The notes below the pieces were generated by a model. That model was given only the letters and a program-made list of their open reading frames with translations. It ran no database searches and was not told where the DNA came from. This document shows positions 41,320 to 51,477 of a stretch of 64,000 bases of DNA, piece after piece. The first letter of the stretch is position 1. Each line of letters starts with the position of its first letter. The translations under genes and the position numbers were made by a program. Source of the stretch: a bacterium BMS3Bbin08 (lineage in GTDB: Bacteria > Nitrospirota > Thermodesulfovibrionia > UBA6902 > BMS3Bbin08); assembly GCA_002897775.1 (NCBI GenBank), contig BDTR01000030.1, positions 128,070 to 192,069 on the forward strand, in the 5' to 3' direction.

Positions 41320-41377
41320 CCGAAATACCTGTTATGCATAAAAATTTCTTTCACAAATTTTTAGCAGAATATGAAGT

Positions 41378-42373
41378 TCATTTATTATTATTCCGTTTCC
41401 TGCAGACAGCAAGAACAAAATCGCTGTTTAAGTCCCCAGCTTTTAAAAGACCATCTTCAATTTCAAAGCAGAGACGTATGAAATTTTGAGTCTCGCTGTC
41501 TTCCGATAAGAAATTATATGCAATTTCACTGAATAATAAATTTAAAATGGTTCCGCCGTACTCTCTTATTTCAATTATCTCAAATATTTCGTTCAGTAAC
41601 GGCAGGATCCTGGAAGATTCTACGGCTTCCGAAGGGTCACTTAATATCATACTCAGTCGGCCCGGTCTGAAGACCTTCGTTTTAACAGAACCGTTATTCC
41701 ACCGCAGCCTGTATTTTTCAGGTAAAAGGGACAAAAGACCGTTGACCACTTCCAGTTGTCTATCAGTCCATTGGAACCTTGTTGGACCAACAAATTCATT
41801 GACGATAAAATATCCGTTTGGTTTAAGAAAGCCATTGATTCTAAGCAAGATTTTTTTTAGTGGGGAGAAGTGATGTAATGATTGTTCTGCCAATACAGCG
41901 TCATAATAACATTCGCGCATTTCTATATTATAAACATCAGCAACGTGATAATTAATAATTGAACCATAACCTCTCTCTCTGGCTTTGTTCCTTGCATATT
42001 CTATCCTTGCTTCCGATAGATCATAAGCGTCAATGCTCCTGAAACCGCTGAGTTCAGCCCATCGAATCTCCCTATGACCTGTTCCACACGCAAGTGACAT
42101 GGCATTTAAAGATGTCATACCAGAAAGGAACCTGCGAAATACGTATTCGTGGTAGTCAATTTTAGCGTCTCCGGAAATCAGGTAGTTCCATCGTTCCCTG
42201 ACTGTGGGGATATCCCACCAGTTTGTAGGGGGATTCTGCACATGTTCCCAGGATTTTTTTATTTTTTCCTGTTTGCCGCTTATCAGTTTTGATAAGACCG
42301 GCTTCAACGACCCTTGTTTTATTTTTTCCGCTAATTTTAAAAAGTCATGAATGTTTATCAGATTCTTAAACAT
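41378..42373 (-). CDS. class I SAM-dependent methyltransferase
   Basis: SLACGTG, AYDLS, SLHH, LKPNG motifs. Confidence 0.85.
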   Translation of the reverse strand: MFKNLINIHDFLKLAEKIKQGSLKPVLSKLISGKQEKIKKSWEHVQNPPTNWWDIPTVRERWNYLISGDAKIDYHEYVFRRFLSGMTSLNAMSLACGTGHREIRWAELSGFRSIDAYDLSEARIEYARNKARERGYGSIINYHVADVYNIEMRECYYDAVLAEQSLHHFSPLKKILLRINGFLKPNGYFIVNEFVGPTRFQWTDRQLEVVNGLLSLLPEKYRLRWNNGSVKTKVFRPGRLSMILSDPSEAVESSRILPLLNEIFEIIEIREYGGTILNLLFSEIAYNFLSEDSETQNFIRLCFEIEDGLLKAGDLNSDFVLAVCRKRNNNK

Positions 42374-42402
42374 TGTTTTAAAGTTTATACCACATCAACG
42401 AT

Positions 42403-42789
42403 TTACTCCAAACGTACAGTCTTCAAGGGTTCACCGTCCATCTGAAGAGCTGTTATTTTCCAGTTGCTGAAAGTCGCATCGAACCTGAACTTTTTTTTCA
42501 GATCCGGTATGTCCGGCAGTTTAAAGACCGCCCGTGAAAGCGGCGGTGATTTATCCGCTTTGCCGATCAGGACCGTGACCTCGTTCTCAGCAAGAAGGAT
42601 ATTGACCAGCAGTTTAAATACCGGCTCATTCACAATAGTACTGATTATGGGACTTATCCTGGCCATAGCGTCAGGTTCCAGGACTGTTATGAATGTTCCT
42701 GTGCCCAGGTTATTCTCATCAGGGATATGGATCTCTGAATGATCGATCCCCGGTACCGGGTTTTGTTCGCGGCTTTTTATTTCTGCCAT
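42403..42789 (-). CDS. hypothetical protein
   Basis: 128-aa ORF with an AGGAGG RBS, co-oriented with neighbours. Confidence 0.6.
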   Translation of the reverse strand: MAEIKSREQNPVPGIDHSEIHIPDENNLGTGTFITVLEPDAMARISPIISTIVNEPVFKLLVNILLAENEVTVLIGKADKSPPLSRAVFKLPDIPDLKKKFRFDATFSNWKITALQMDGEPLKTVRLE

Positions 42790-42884
42790 TTTTACCTCCT
42801 GAATATGATTATACTGATGGGAAAGATAATTACAAAGAATTTTACCATAACGGTAGAGTTGTTGTAGAAAACCCTATGAGGAAA

Positions 42885-43445
42885 TTATTTACTGGTGTTA
42901 TCCTGGACCCGGCTAAAAGAATCAGCAAAACGGGGTTTTTCTTCGGCCTCATCAAATATTGACAGCCAGTTTCTGATATAGCCTGTGTCCATATCAGGAT
43001 TTTTCAGGATCATATTTCGCACGTCTTCAATATCTCTCGGCCGCCCGGCAAAGATCTTATGGATTATAACATCTTCAACAGAAGCGAAATTAACAGAAGT
43101 ATTTTCGATTTTTACTTCTTTGCCCCTTTTTATCGCCTGTTGTTCATACCGGGTAAAAGAAAATATGAAATCCACCCTAATGCCCGATACCTTATCCTTT
43201 GCAGGCAGAACAAAGGTTTTACTTACGAAATCAAGGTAGTCATCGGGAATAATACTTAACTCTGCCGAACGGCAGATATTAACAACATCTGAAATATTGT
43301 CTGTTGAGATCCCCAGGGTTATGTCAATATCCTTTGTGAGCCTGGGAACACCATGAAGAAGTACAGCCTGTCCCCCGATAATCATATAAGGTATTTTGTT
43401 TTTTGAAAGCAGACGGCTGAGACTGGCAATGAGTTTCTCAAACAT
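42885..43445 (-). CDS. pol-beta superfamily nucleotidyltransferase (DUF6036/AbiEii-like)
   Basis: IIGGQAV...RLTKDIDI, K.FAGRPRD..D motifs. Confidence 0.75.
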   Translation of the reverse strand: MFEKLIASLSRLLSKNKIPYMIIGGQAVLLHGVPRLTKDIDITLGISTDNISDVVNICRSAELSIIPDDYLDFVSKTFVLPAKDKVSGIRVDFIFSFTRYEQQAIKRGKEVKIENTSVNFASVEDVIIHKIFAGRPRDIEDVRNMILKNPDMDTGYIRNWLSIFDEAEEKPRFADSFSRVQDNTSK

Positions 43446-43641
43446 TTTGAGAGTTGAGTATACGGGCGATCCTTATATCGGTTTCTATATCCTCAAGGGG
43501 ATCTTTCATAGGAAGAGTGCCGAGTGTTATACCTTCATGCCACAGGGACTCAAATACCTCAAGTGACTTGAAATAATCAGGTTTTTCTTTCCTGACCTCC
43601 TCTTTTCCAAGATCTTCAAGGGCTTTAGCATTTTTTATCAT
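43438..43641 (-). CDS. small hypothetical protein overlapping the nucleotidyltransferase gene (putative antitoxin)
   Basis: 8-nt overlap with the downstream gene; start chosen at MIKNAKAL. Confidence 0.6.
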   Translation of the reverse strand: MIKNAKALEDLGKEEVRKEKPDYFKSLEVFESLWHEGITLGTLPMKDPLEDIETDIRIARILNSQNV

Positions 43642-43687
43642 ATTAAAATATATTATAGCATCTGCGTCAGTAATCATGGAGAATTTT

Positions 43688-43722
43688 ACCCCGTTAGAAG
43701 ACCTTTGCCCTTCTAACGGGGT
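43688..43722. repeat. hairpin element ACCCCGTTAGAAG-N9-CTTCTAACGGGGT
   Basis: Perfect 13-bp stem; arms CCCCGTT...AACGGGG shared with the 18541 element. Confidence 0.7.
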
Positions 43723-43743
43723 TCACCCGGGATCATATTGTTT

Positions 43744-44166
43744 TTATTTCGGTATCCATTCTTTCCCCTTGTCAATTATATGGATCACTTGCCATCCCCT
43801 TTTCTTCAGGGCCATGGCAATGAATCGCCTGTGGCATTTCCAGGGGAAGTGTTCGGCGCATATGATCACTGATGTTATGTCAGAAGCCAGTTCCTCCAGC
43901 CTGTCTATACCCTGTTCAAATTCTTTTGTCCGTGTGTATTTTTCATATCCGCCTTTTCTGAAGCCCCCGAGCTCTCTGCCGAGGAAATGATATTCAAACA
44001 TCTCATTTTTGAGAGAGGACTCAAGAGACGCTCTTTTGAAATGGTCAAGCTTGCTTGTCGGAAAGCTCCTTACATCAATAACGGACCCGATGCCGTAGCC
44101 TGTTATTATCTCTGTAAAATCCTCCAGACTGCGTAGCCCGGTGCCAAGAGTGTAAATGTGTTTCAT
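43744..44166 (-). CDS. DUF488 family protein
   Basis: IYTLG, IDVRSFP, ELGG.R, ICAE...CHR..I, VIHI. Confidence 0.85.
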   Translation of the reverse strand: MKHIYTLGTGLRSLEDFTEIITGYGIGSVIDVRSFPTSKLDHFKRASLESSLKNEMFEYHFLGRELGGFRKGGYEKYTRTKEFEQGIDRLEELASDITSVIICAEHFPWKCHRRFIAMALKKRGWQVIHIIDKGKEWIPK

Positions 44167-44191
44167 TATCTTGAATAAACGGGTGTTTTGC

Positions 44192-44860
44192 TTAATGTTC
44201 CCGTCGGGTCCTTAAAAACATAAAGAATGCCGCCGCATAGAGAAGCTCACCAATAATAAGGAACTCATACATATAAGCCACGGGCGTCTGCTGATGAAAC
44301 GCGGCGCCTGTATCATGCATAAAAGAAAAGAGTATGAACGCTGTTCCCGCCAGAGCGAGCGCAAAAGTCAGCAGTGTAAGCCTGAGATCATAACCCTTAT
44401 GGCCCTGGTAGATAATAAGGACTCCGAAGGTGATCAACAGCAGGGATATGGACACAGGCGCAATAACTGGCGCTATCCACGGCAAAGGTATCAGGAACAG
44501 AATATCCCATTCAAAGATCGAGGAAGGCCAGTTGATCAGGGCCTTCAGCCAGACGTAGTAAAAAATATCCCACAGACCAAAGCAGAACAGGAACCATGCA
44601 CTACGCTCCACGGGCTTTCTAGCCGCAAGTACTGCCAGGGATACCAGTATTATCAGGGTCGCCAGTTCCCGGAACAACTCAAAAATAATGATATTGTCAG
44701 CAAAGGGTTTTAAGGGAAAGGCGAAACCTTCAGGGAAATAGATCGCCCGGAGATATACAACAACGGCTGATTCAACATATGCCATGGAGATACTGAAAGC
44801 CGCTAACCAGGATATTTTCTTTAGGATCGCAGTTTTAGGAAGAGATGGTTGGAGCGTCAT
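44192..44860 (-). CDS. hypothetical integral membrane protein
   Basis: Multiple hydrophobic helices; ESAVVVYLR, WDIFYYVWL, DILFLIP.PW. Confidence 0.7.
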   Translation of the reverse strand: MTLQPSLPKTAILKKISWLAAFSISMAYVESAVVVYLRAIYFPEGFAFPLKPFADNIIIFELFRELATLIILVSLAVLAARKPVERSAWFLFCFGLWDIFYYVWLKALINWPSSIFEWDILFLIPLPWIAPVIAPVSISLLLITFGVLIIYQGHKGYDLRLTLLTFALALAGTAFILFSFMHDTGAAFHQQTPVAYMYEFLIIGELLYAAAFFMFLRTRREH

Positions 44861-44951
44861 TGAAAATGCGCTAAGCCCTTTTCAGGGTTTTATTTTTCTT
44901 CCGGGGAATTCTTTATGATAAAGAATCAGCAAATTAACATGGATTATTGTT

Positions 44952-45191
44952 TTATTGCCCATTTTTAAAGAGCCTCTCCAGAACCATATCAATCTGATCA
45001 GGCGTAATCCAGCCTTTTTCAAAAAGGATCCTTCCAATAAGCCTGTGCGGCATGTCGGAAACATCGTCATCTATTTGTTCGTTCAAGGCTGCTTTTAACT
45101 GTTCCGCGGTAATGATGTTCAGTTCTACCGCGATCTGGCCGAACCTGGGACAGTATTTTTCTGAAAGTTTTTTTTCAAAATCACTGCCCAT
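44952..45191 (-). CDS. stand-alone MshEN-like domain protein, paralog 1
   Basis: RFGQIAVELNIITAEQLKAALNEQ plus RLIGRILFEKGWITPDQI resemble the tandem RLGxxLxxxGxIxxxxLxxxLxxQ motif. Confidence 0.7.
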   Translation of the reverse strand: MGSDFEKKLSEKYCPRFGQIAVELNIITAEQLKAALNEQIDDDVSDMPHRLIGRILFEKGWITPDQIDMVLERLFKNGQ

Positions 45192-45331
45192 ATTTTCCCC
45201 CGATGAAATTAAAGCGTATTATCCTAAAGTCTATCAATATTAAAGGAACGTTAACGGTCCTGTATTTTATTTTTTTGACACCGGCTATCCAAAAGAGATC
45301 ATCTGGAGCGGGATAAAGCAGTTCATAGACT

Positions 45332-45580
45332 TTACGTGAGTCCTTTCTCATACTTGAAAAGTTCCATCAGAACTGTTTCGATCTGTTCGGAACTCATCCA
45401 GCCTTTTTCAAAAAGGATTATTCCCAGGACCCTGGGGGGCTTATTGGAAACTTCATCCTCAACCTGTTCGGCAAGGGCCTCTTTCAGCTGTTCCGGGGTT
45501 ATAAATCTCCTTTCTATCGCGATACAGCCAAACCTTGTGCAGTATTTTTTTGAGATCTCTCTGGCAAGATCATTATCCAT
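45332..45580 (-). CDS. stand-alone MshEN-like domain protein, paralog 2
   Basis: RFGCIAIERRFITPEQLKEALAEQ plus LGIILFEKGWMSSEQI; clear paralog of 44952-45191. Confidence 0.7.
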   Translation of the reverse strand: MDNDLAREISKKYCTRFGCIAIERRFITPEQLKEALAEQVEDEVSNKPPRVLGIILFEKGWMSSEQIETVLMELFKYEKGLT

Positions 45581-45716
45581 ATTTAATTCCTTTTGTTTAT
45601 TTTAAAGGATTTTTATCTTAAACTACAAGTGCCTGTTCAGTGCCGGATTTTTTTTGCGGCTCTTGCCGGCAGGACGCGGATAAAATGTTATAATAAAAAA
45701 TCAGCAGAGTTTAAAG

Positions 45717-46382
45717 ATGCCCGGGACAATTCCTCTGAAAGACATAAATTTTGTACTGCTTGACATGGATGGGACCCTTCTGGACCTGTATTTTGATTAT
45801 TATTTTTGGTCGCATCTTGTGCCTGAGAAATATGCCGAAAAACACAAGATGACCTTTGGCGCTGCAAAGGACTTCCTGTTTTTAAAGTACAAGTCGCGTG
45901 AAAAAACGCTCAACTGGACCGACCTTGATTTCTGGTCAAGAGAACTGCACCTTGATATTCCGGCGCTTACCGAGCAGGTAAGGCATCTTATAGAAGTTCA
46001 CCCGCATGTTATGGATTTCCTGAAAATGCTGAAAAGACGCAGGAAAAAGGTCGTGCTCGCGACAAACGCCCATTACAAGGCGATCAATATCAAGCTGAAA
46101 AAAACACAGATAGGAAAATATTTTGATTCTGTGCTGTGCTCATTTGATGTCGGTTATCCGAAAGAGAGCATAGAGTTCTGGCACAGGGCGCAGAAAAAAT
46201 TGAAGTTCGACAGGGAAAAGACGCTTTTTATCGATGACACTGAAGATGTGCTCAGAACGGCAAAAGAATACGGGATCAAATACCTGCTTTACAAGGCAAG
46301 GGCCAATTCAAAGGCTAAAGAACTCCCGACGTCGAATGAATTTTTGGTTATAAACGATTTCAGACAACTTATGCAGAAGTAA
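45717..46382 (+). CDS. HAD-family nucleotidase (YrfG-like)
   Basis: LLDMDGTLLDL, ATNAH, GYPKE, FIDD. Confidence 0.88.
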   Translation: MPGTIPLKDINFVLLDMDGTLLDLYFDYYFWSHLVPEKYAEKHKMTFGAAKDFLFLKYKSREKTLNWTDLDFWSRELHLDIPALTEQVRHLIEVHPHVMDFLKMLKRRRKKVVLATNAHYKAINIKLKKTQIGKYFDSVLCSFDVGYPKESIEFWHRAQKKLKFDREKTLFIDDTEDVLRTAKEYGIKYLLYKARANSKAKELPTSNEFLVINDFRQLMQK

Positions 46383-46461
46383 AGACCGTTAATCGTTGAT
46401 CTGTTAATTGTTAACCGGATAACTAATAACGAATAACCAATAACTGAAGCGGCAAAGCCGC

Positions 46462-47745
46462 TTATTTATTCATCATATCAAGGAATTCCTTGTTGTTCTT
46501 TGTGCCGATGAGCTTTCCAAGCAGGAATTCCATGCTTTCAACAGTGCTCAGGGAATGCAGCACCTTTCTGAGGATCCACATCCTGCTGAGGACATCTTTT
46601 TCCACAAGCAGTTCTTCTTTTCTGGTGCCGGAAGCGTTAATGTCAATGCTCGGGAATGTTCTCTTGTCCACGAGTTTTCTGTCGAGGTGAAGTTCCATGT
46701 TGCCGGTGCCTTTGAATTCCTCAAAGATGACATCATCCATCCTGCTGCCCGTATCAACAAGGGCGGTTGCAAGGATCGTCAGGCTTCCGCCGTCTTCTAT
46801 GTTCCTCGCGGTCCCGAAAAACCTCTTTGGCCTTTGAAGCGCGTTCGAATCAAGGCCTCCTGACAGCACTTTGCCGCTTGCCGGAATAACCGCGTTATAT
46901 GCCCTGGCAAGCCTGGTAATGGAGTCAAGAAGGATCACAACGTTTCTTTGTGTTTCAACAAGTCTTTTTGCCCTCTCAATGACCATTTCAGCGACCTGGC
47001 AATGTCTCTGCGGTGGCTCATCAAAGGTGGAACTTATTATCTCGGCGGAAGGTACCTGCCTTTTCCAGTCAGTAACCTCCTCAGGTCTTTCGTCTATAAG
47101 GAGTATCATAAGATGAATGTCAGGATGGCTTGTCTTCACGGCCTTTGCTATGGATTGCAGCAGCATGGTCTTTCCTGTCCTGGGCGCGGCAACGATCATC
47201 CCCCTCTGCCCCATTCCTATGGGAGAGGTAAGGTCCATGACCCTTGTAGAATAGTCATCCTTCCGGTAGTCGAGGTTGATCTTTTCCGTCGGGTAATACG
47301 GGATCAGGTTATCAAAAAGCGGCCTTTCAATGTTCTCATCCGGTGATTCATGATTTATGGCCTCGACCTTTAAAAGGGCGAAATAACGTTCGCTTTCTTT
47401 CGGCGGCCTTATCTGTCCTGTGACCAGGTCGCCTGTTCTGAGGTTGAATCTCCTGATCTGTGAAGGCGATACGTATATATCGTCAGGGCCCGGCAGGTAA
47501 CTGTAATCGGATGAACGCAGGAAACCAAAACCATCAGGCAGGATCTCAAGCACCCCTTCCCCAAAGATAAGGCCTGTCTTCTCGGTCTGGGCCTGAAGTA
47601 TCGCGAAGATGAGGTCCTGTTTCCTCAGTCCCCTTACGTCTTCAACATTAAGGCTTTTGGCTGTCTTTGTAAGTTCATCAATGTTCTTTTCCTTTAGCTC
47701 GGTGATGTTCATCCCATCGGTCGATGGTTTAGCGGCTTTACTCAT
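46462..47745 (-). CDS. rho: transcription termination factor Rho
   Basis: [39 protein letters not shown]; start at 47745 after AAGGAG. Confidence 0.98.
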   Translation of the reverse strand: MSKAAKPSTDGMNITELKEKNIDELTKTAKSLNVEDVRGLRKQDLIFAILQAQTEKTGLIFGEGVLEILPDGFGFLRSSDYSYLPGPDDIYVSPSQIRRFNLRTGDLVTGQIRPPKESERYFALLKVEAINHESPDENIERPLFDNLIPYYPTEKINLDYRKDDYSTRVMDLTSPIGMGQRGMIVAAPRTGKTMLLQSIAKAVKTSHPDIHLMILLIDERPEEVTDWKRQVPSAEIISSTFDEPPQRHCQVAEMVIERAKRLVETQRNVVILLDSITRLARAYNAVIPASGKVLSGGLDSNALQRPKRFFGTARNIEDGGSLTILATALVDTGSRMDDVIFEEFKGTGNMELHLDRKLVDKRTFPSIDINASGTRKEELLVEKDVLSRMWILRKVLHSLSTVESMEFLLGKLIGTKNNKEFLDMMNK

Positions 47746-48164
47746 GGTGACTCCTTGGTTTCTGGTTTTGCTCATTGTAGAAATGCAAATTTTTATTTGC
47801 GGGAATGTATATTTAAGGAAAATTTACTTTAGAAAAAACTTTTTTTATTTTTTTCTGGAGGTTCTGCCTTCCAAAATAAAAAGGGATTTACGAGGATGCT
47901 TTCTGAATGCCCCGTCTTTGGCGGGGATGAAAGCAAGCTATCTTAATAAATTTTTTTTATTCCTTACCCGGAAGTCCCGACTTTAGTCAGGGAACTTCAA
48001 AAGAAGAACTATACTAATAATATCACAATACTAAAATAGTCCGGTGTTTGTCAATAGCAAAATGGCAGGCCCTTTATTATTGGAGATTTCTGGTAAAATC
48101 TGGCATATTACAGGGGTCTCCGCAGCGGCTTCCGATGATCTCAGGGAGTTTTAACAATATAAAA

Positions 48165-50267
48165 ATGAAACAGCAATTTGAGAGGATCATCAGATATATA
48201 GCAGACCCCGGCAAAGGTGCCGGATCAGGCCTGAAGATAAATATCAGGGAACAGTTCCAGCCTGATGAACAGGACAGCCATTCTGTAGCAAGGAACCTTA
48301 ACGCCGCTTTCCTGATAGCCTTATCAGGGGAATCACATTATTTGTATGATAAGGCACTGGGATATCTGAACGGACATGAGGGCCATACTTCATGGGGCAG
48401 GACAGCAGGATTTTATAAGGACGGACTCAGGCTCGTACTTTCAGAGATATCAGGCAGATGTTCTGCTGATGAGGACCTCAAAAAAGGCCTGACAGATCTT
48501 TATTCATGGATCAGAGGCCAGGAGGCCGGTCACAACCCTGAAAAGACGGTTGAAATGTTCCATCAGGTCTTCTTTCCAGAGGGGGTATCTTTACTGGACG
48601 AGCAAAACAGGAAAGAAAAGATCAACTCCCTCAGAGAACAAAGAAAGATCAGGATCTCGAAGCTGAACCCCTCACCAATCAATGATCCGGCCAAAGAGGT
48701 CCTGTTTACGTCAAATATACTTGTTACAGTTCCTCCGGCGTCAGATGATATCCAGGGTCTTTCTGTAAGCGGCCATCTCAAGCAGATGCTAAAAGATATA
48801 AGCCGGGAAGATCAGGCCTTTTGGTATGACCATCCCATACCCATCGGGGTCTCACCCTGGCATAATGAGGCCTTATACGGCCTTGAAGGTCTGGACGAGG
48901 CGGTGTCGTTTGAAAAGCAGAGGGGAACGCTTGACAGTGATAGCAGGCTCACATGTGTTCTTTCAGCCTCTGCGACCCATAAGGGACTCCAGGGGATAGT
49001 AAAGGAGTATCTTGAGGACGAGTTCAAAAAAGAAAAGAACATCCGCCATCTTGATGTCTATGTTTTTACTGAGGCCGACACCCTGGAACTTGTGAACGAG
49101 ATCCTTATTCCGGCGGCTGAAACGTATCTTGGCGCCGGAGAACACGGCATACTTTATGAAATTGTAGGTGTTGACGGAGAGTATGGCAGGCATTATAGTT
49201 TTCTAAGGGCTGTATCAGCGTTCTGGCAGGTCCTTATCGCTCCTGAGATCAAAGGAACCTTTAAGATCGATCTTGACCAGGTCTTTCCCCAAAAAGAGCT
49301 CCGGGAGCAGACAGGTATGTCAGCGTTCGGGCATTTTAAGACGCCTCTGTGGGGCGCGGAAGGTATCGATATCCGGGACAACAAGGTGGAGCTCGGTATG
49401 ATCGCAGGCGCGCTTGTGAACCAGGAGGATATTGATAAATCCCTGTTCTATCCTGATGTCCGTTTCCCTGACAGGGGAATTAACGCGGATGAATTTGTGT
49501 TTTTCAGCACGCTTCCACAGGCCCTGTCCACAGAAGCGGAGATGATGACGCGTTACACGGATAATATGTTTGACGGTAAAAAGCAGTGTATCCAGCGTAT
49601 GCATGTTACAGGCGGGACCAGCGGCATACTTGTGGACTCGTTAAGGAAATATCATCCCTTTACACCGACTTTCATAGGCCGGGCGGAAGACCAGGCATAT
49701 ATAATGTCCGTACTGTTCACTGACCCGCAAAAAAATTTACGCTATGTACATAAAGACGGCCTGATAATGAGGCATGACAAAGAGGCCTTTGCAAAAGAGG
49801 CGATAAAAATGGCCGCAGCCGGAAAACTTACCGGAGATTACATACGGATCCTCATTTTTTCATATTATGTAAATGCCCTGCCCTGGCCGTTCGAGGACAT
49901 CAAGAAAACAATTGGCCCGTTCACAGGCTGTTTTGTATCAAAGATCCCGCTTACAGTTGTATATTTAAGGTTTGCACTGAAAATAGCCTCTTTTTTTGAT
50001 AATGAAACACAGGAACACAGAAGCCAGGGCTTTGAACTTCTGAAAACAGGCAGTAAACGCCTGCATGAAACCATTAAAAAACTGGTTGAAGCCCCGGACC
50101 TTTTGAATGAGCAGTTTCATAAAGAGAAAAAGGGGTGGAAGCTTTTTTATGATATACTGGATACCGTGGAGAAAAAACTTGGACAGAATGATAAGTTCGC
50201 GCTTGATCTGAAGAAAAAAGCAGAAGCACTGGTTAGAGGATGCAGGATAAATTTTGAAGTAAAGTGA
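48165..50267 (+). CDS. large hypothetical protein, possibly GT-A fold glycosyltransferase-like
   Basis: 700-aa ORF with candidate DxD (KIDLDQ) and GRAEDQ motifs; no family confidently recognised. Confidence 0.6.
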   Translation: MKQQFERIIRYIADPGKGAGSGLKINIREQFQPDEQDSHSVARNLNAAFLIALSGESHYLYDKALGYLNGHEGHTSWGRTAGFYKDGLRLVLSEISGRCSADEDLKKGLTDLYSWIRGQEAGHNPEKTVEMFHQVFFPEGVSLLDEQNRKEKINSLREQRKIRISKLNPSPINDPAKEVLFTSNILVTVPPASDDIQGLSVSGHLKQMLKDISREDQAFWYDHPIPIGVSPWHNEALYGLEGLDEAVSFEKQRGTLDSDSRLTCVLSASATHKGLQGIVKEYLEDEFKKEKNIRHLDVYVFTEADTLELVNEILIPAAETYLGAGEHGILYEIVGVDGEYGRHYSFLRAVSAFWQVLIAPEIKGTFKIDLDQVFPQKELREQTGMSAFGHFKTPLWGAEGIDIRDNKVELGMIAGALVNQEDIDKSLFYPDVRFPDRGINADEFVFFSTLPQALSTEAEMMTRYTDNMFDGKKQCIQRMHVTGGTSGILVDSLRKYHPFTPTFIGRAEDQAYIMSVLFTDPQKNLRYVHKDGLIMRHDKEAFAKEAIKMAAAGKLTGDYIRILIFSYYVNALPWPFEDIKKTIGPFTGCFVSKIPLTVVYLRFALKIASFFDNETQEHRSQGFELLKTGSKRLHETIKKLVEAPDLLNEQFHKEKKGWKLFYDILDTVEKKLGQNDKFALDLKKKAEALVRGCRINFEVK

Positions 50268-50286
50268 GTTTTTTTCAATTGACAAT

Positions 50287-50398
50287 TAGTGGTCACCCGC
50301 CAAAAATATCGGCGGGTAAGCACAATGTATGGAATTGATATTATTACATTTGCTCACGAACACCTGCCTTTGGCAGGCTACGCTCGCTGTACATTCAT
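50287..50398. repeat. dispersed structured element, copy C
   Basis: Conserved blocks as in copies A and B; flanked by a CAATT direct repeat; CCTGCCTTTGGCAGG insert. Confidence 0.78.
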
Positions 50399-50423
50399 CA
50401 ATTAACAATTATCAATCGAAAAC

Positions 50424-50837
50424 ATGTTCGCTGTAAGCCCTGAAAAAGAAAAGGCCCTTAAGGCAAAGCTTTCAAGCCTGGGCATTTATGAAAAAGACAT
50501 CAGGGAATCGTTCATACGTTCCCGGGGACGGGGCGGCCAGAATGTCAACAAGACCTCCACATGCGTTTACCTTAAGCACAGACCAACGGGTATTGAGGTC
50601 AAATGCCGGAAGACGCGCTCGCAGGGGCTGAACCGCTATCACGCGAGGCTGCTGCTGTATACAAAAATAGAACGCCTGATCAAAGGGAAAAAGAGCGAAG
50701 AAGAACAGCGCCTCGCGAAATTGAGGCGTCAGAAGAGAAAACGATCAAAGCGGGCCAAGGAAAAGATGCTGGCCGAAAAGAAACTGCATTCTAAAAAGAA
50801 AAAAGAGCGTTCCCTTAAGGTCAGCGCCGAAGAATAA
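50424..50837 (+). CDS. GGQ peptidyl-tRNA hydrolase (ArfB/release factor-like ribosome rescue protein)
   Basis: RSRGRGGQNVNKTS, RSQGLNR, basic C-terminal tail. Confidence 0.88.
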   Translation: MFAVSPEKEKALKAKLSSLGIYEKDIRESFIRSRGRGGQNVNKTSTCVYLKHRPTGIEVKCRKTRSQGLNRYHARLLLYTKIERLIKGKKSEEEQRLAKLRRQKRKRSKRAKEKMLAEKKLHSKKKKERSLKVSAEE

Positions 50838-50905
50838 ATGATATTTTTGCATAAAGGGGTTTTTCCTGATAATATTCGTAGTATTGCTGTAAAAGGAGGT
50901 GACTC

Positions 50906-51376
50906 ATTCTTGAGATAGACATTCTTAGTTTTGGGACCGTGAAACTGAAGCATCTGGTCTCGGACTTTACCGGTACCCTGTCGGTGGGCGGAAAGCTCCT
51001 GCCCGGCGTGAAGGAAAGATTGAACAAACTGTCTGAGCTTTTAGAGGTTCATGTACTGACATCTGATACCTTTGGAAAGGCAAAGGCCGAGCTCAAGGAC
51101 GTACACTGCCAGACACACATATTAAAGGGCGATTATCATGATATTCAGAAGGAAGAATATGTTCTGAACCTCGGGGCCTCGTCTGTTATCGCGTTCGGTA
51201 ACGGAAATAACGACAGGAAACTGCTGAGGATCGCGCGCGTAGGCATAGCGGTTACCGAAGGTGAAGGCTGTTCAATTGATACAATGATGTCCGCTGACAT
51301 ACACGTTGCAGGCATAAAGAACGGACTGGACCTTCTTCTTCATCCCAAAAGGTTTAAGGCAACGCTACGTTATTAA
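50906..51376 (+). CDS. HAD-superfamily soluble P-type-ATPase-like hydrolase
   Basis: SDFTGTL, LTSDTFG, FGNGNND; GTG start at 50939, or a possible ATT start at 50906 after AAGGAGGT. Confidence 0.8.
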   Translation: MLEIDILSFGTVKLKHLVSDFTGTLSVGGKLLPGVKERLNKLSELLEVHVLTSDTFGKAKAELKDVHCQTHILKGDYHDIQKEEYVLNLGASSVIAFGNGNNDRKLLRIARVGIAVTEGEGCSIDTMMSADIHVAGIKNGLDLLLHPKRFKATLRY

Positions 51377-51403
51377 AAAAAGTAGCTAGTAGCGGGTAGA
51401 GAG

Positions 51404-51437
51404 CCCCGCCAGATTCTATCGAATCTGGACAGCGGGG
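51404..51437. repeat. hairpin element CCCCGCCAGATTCTATCGAATCTGGACAGCGGGG
   Basis: Short version of 18541-18619, in the same AGTAG-heptamer context. Confidence 0.65.
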
Positions 51438-51477
51438 TAAAAACAATCGGTGTAATCAATTATTTCGGAGAAATAAT

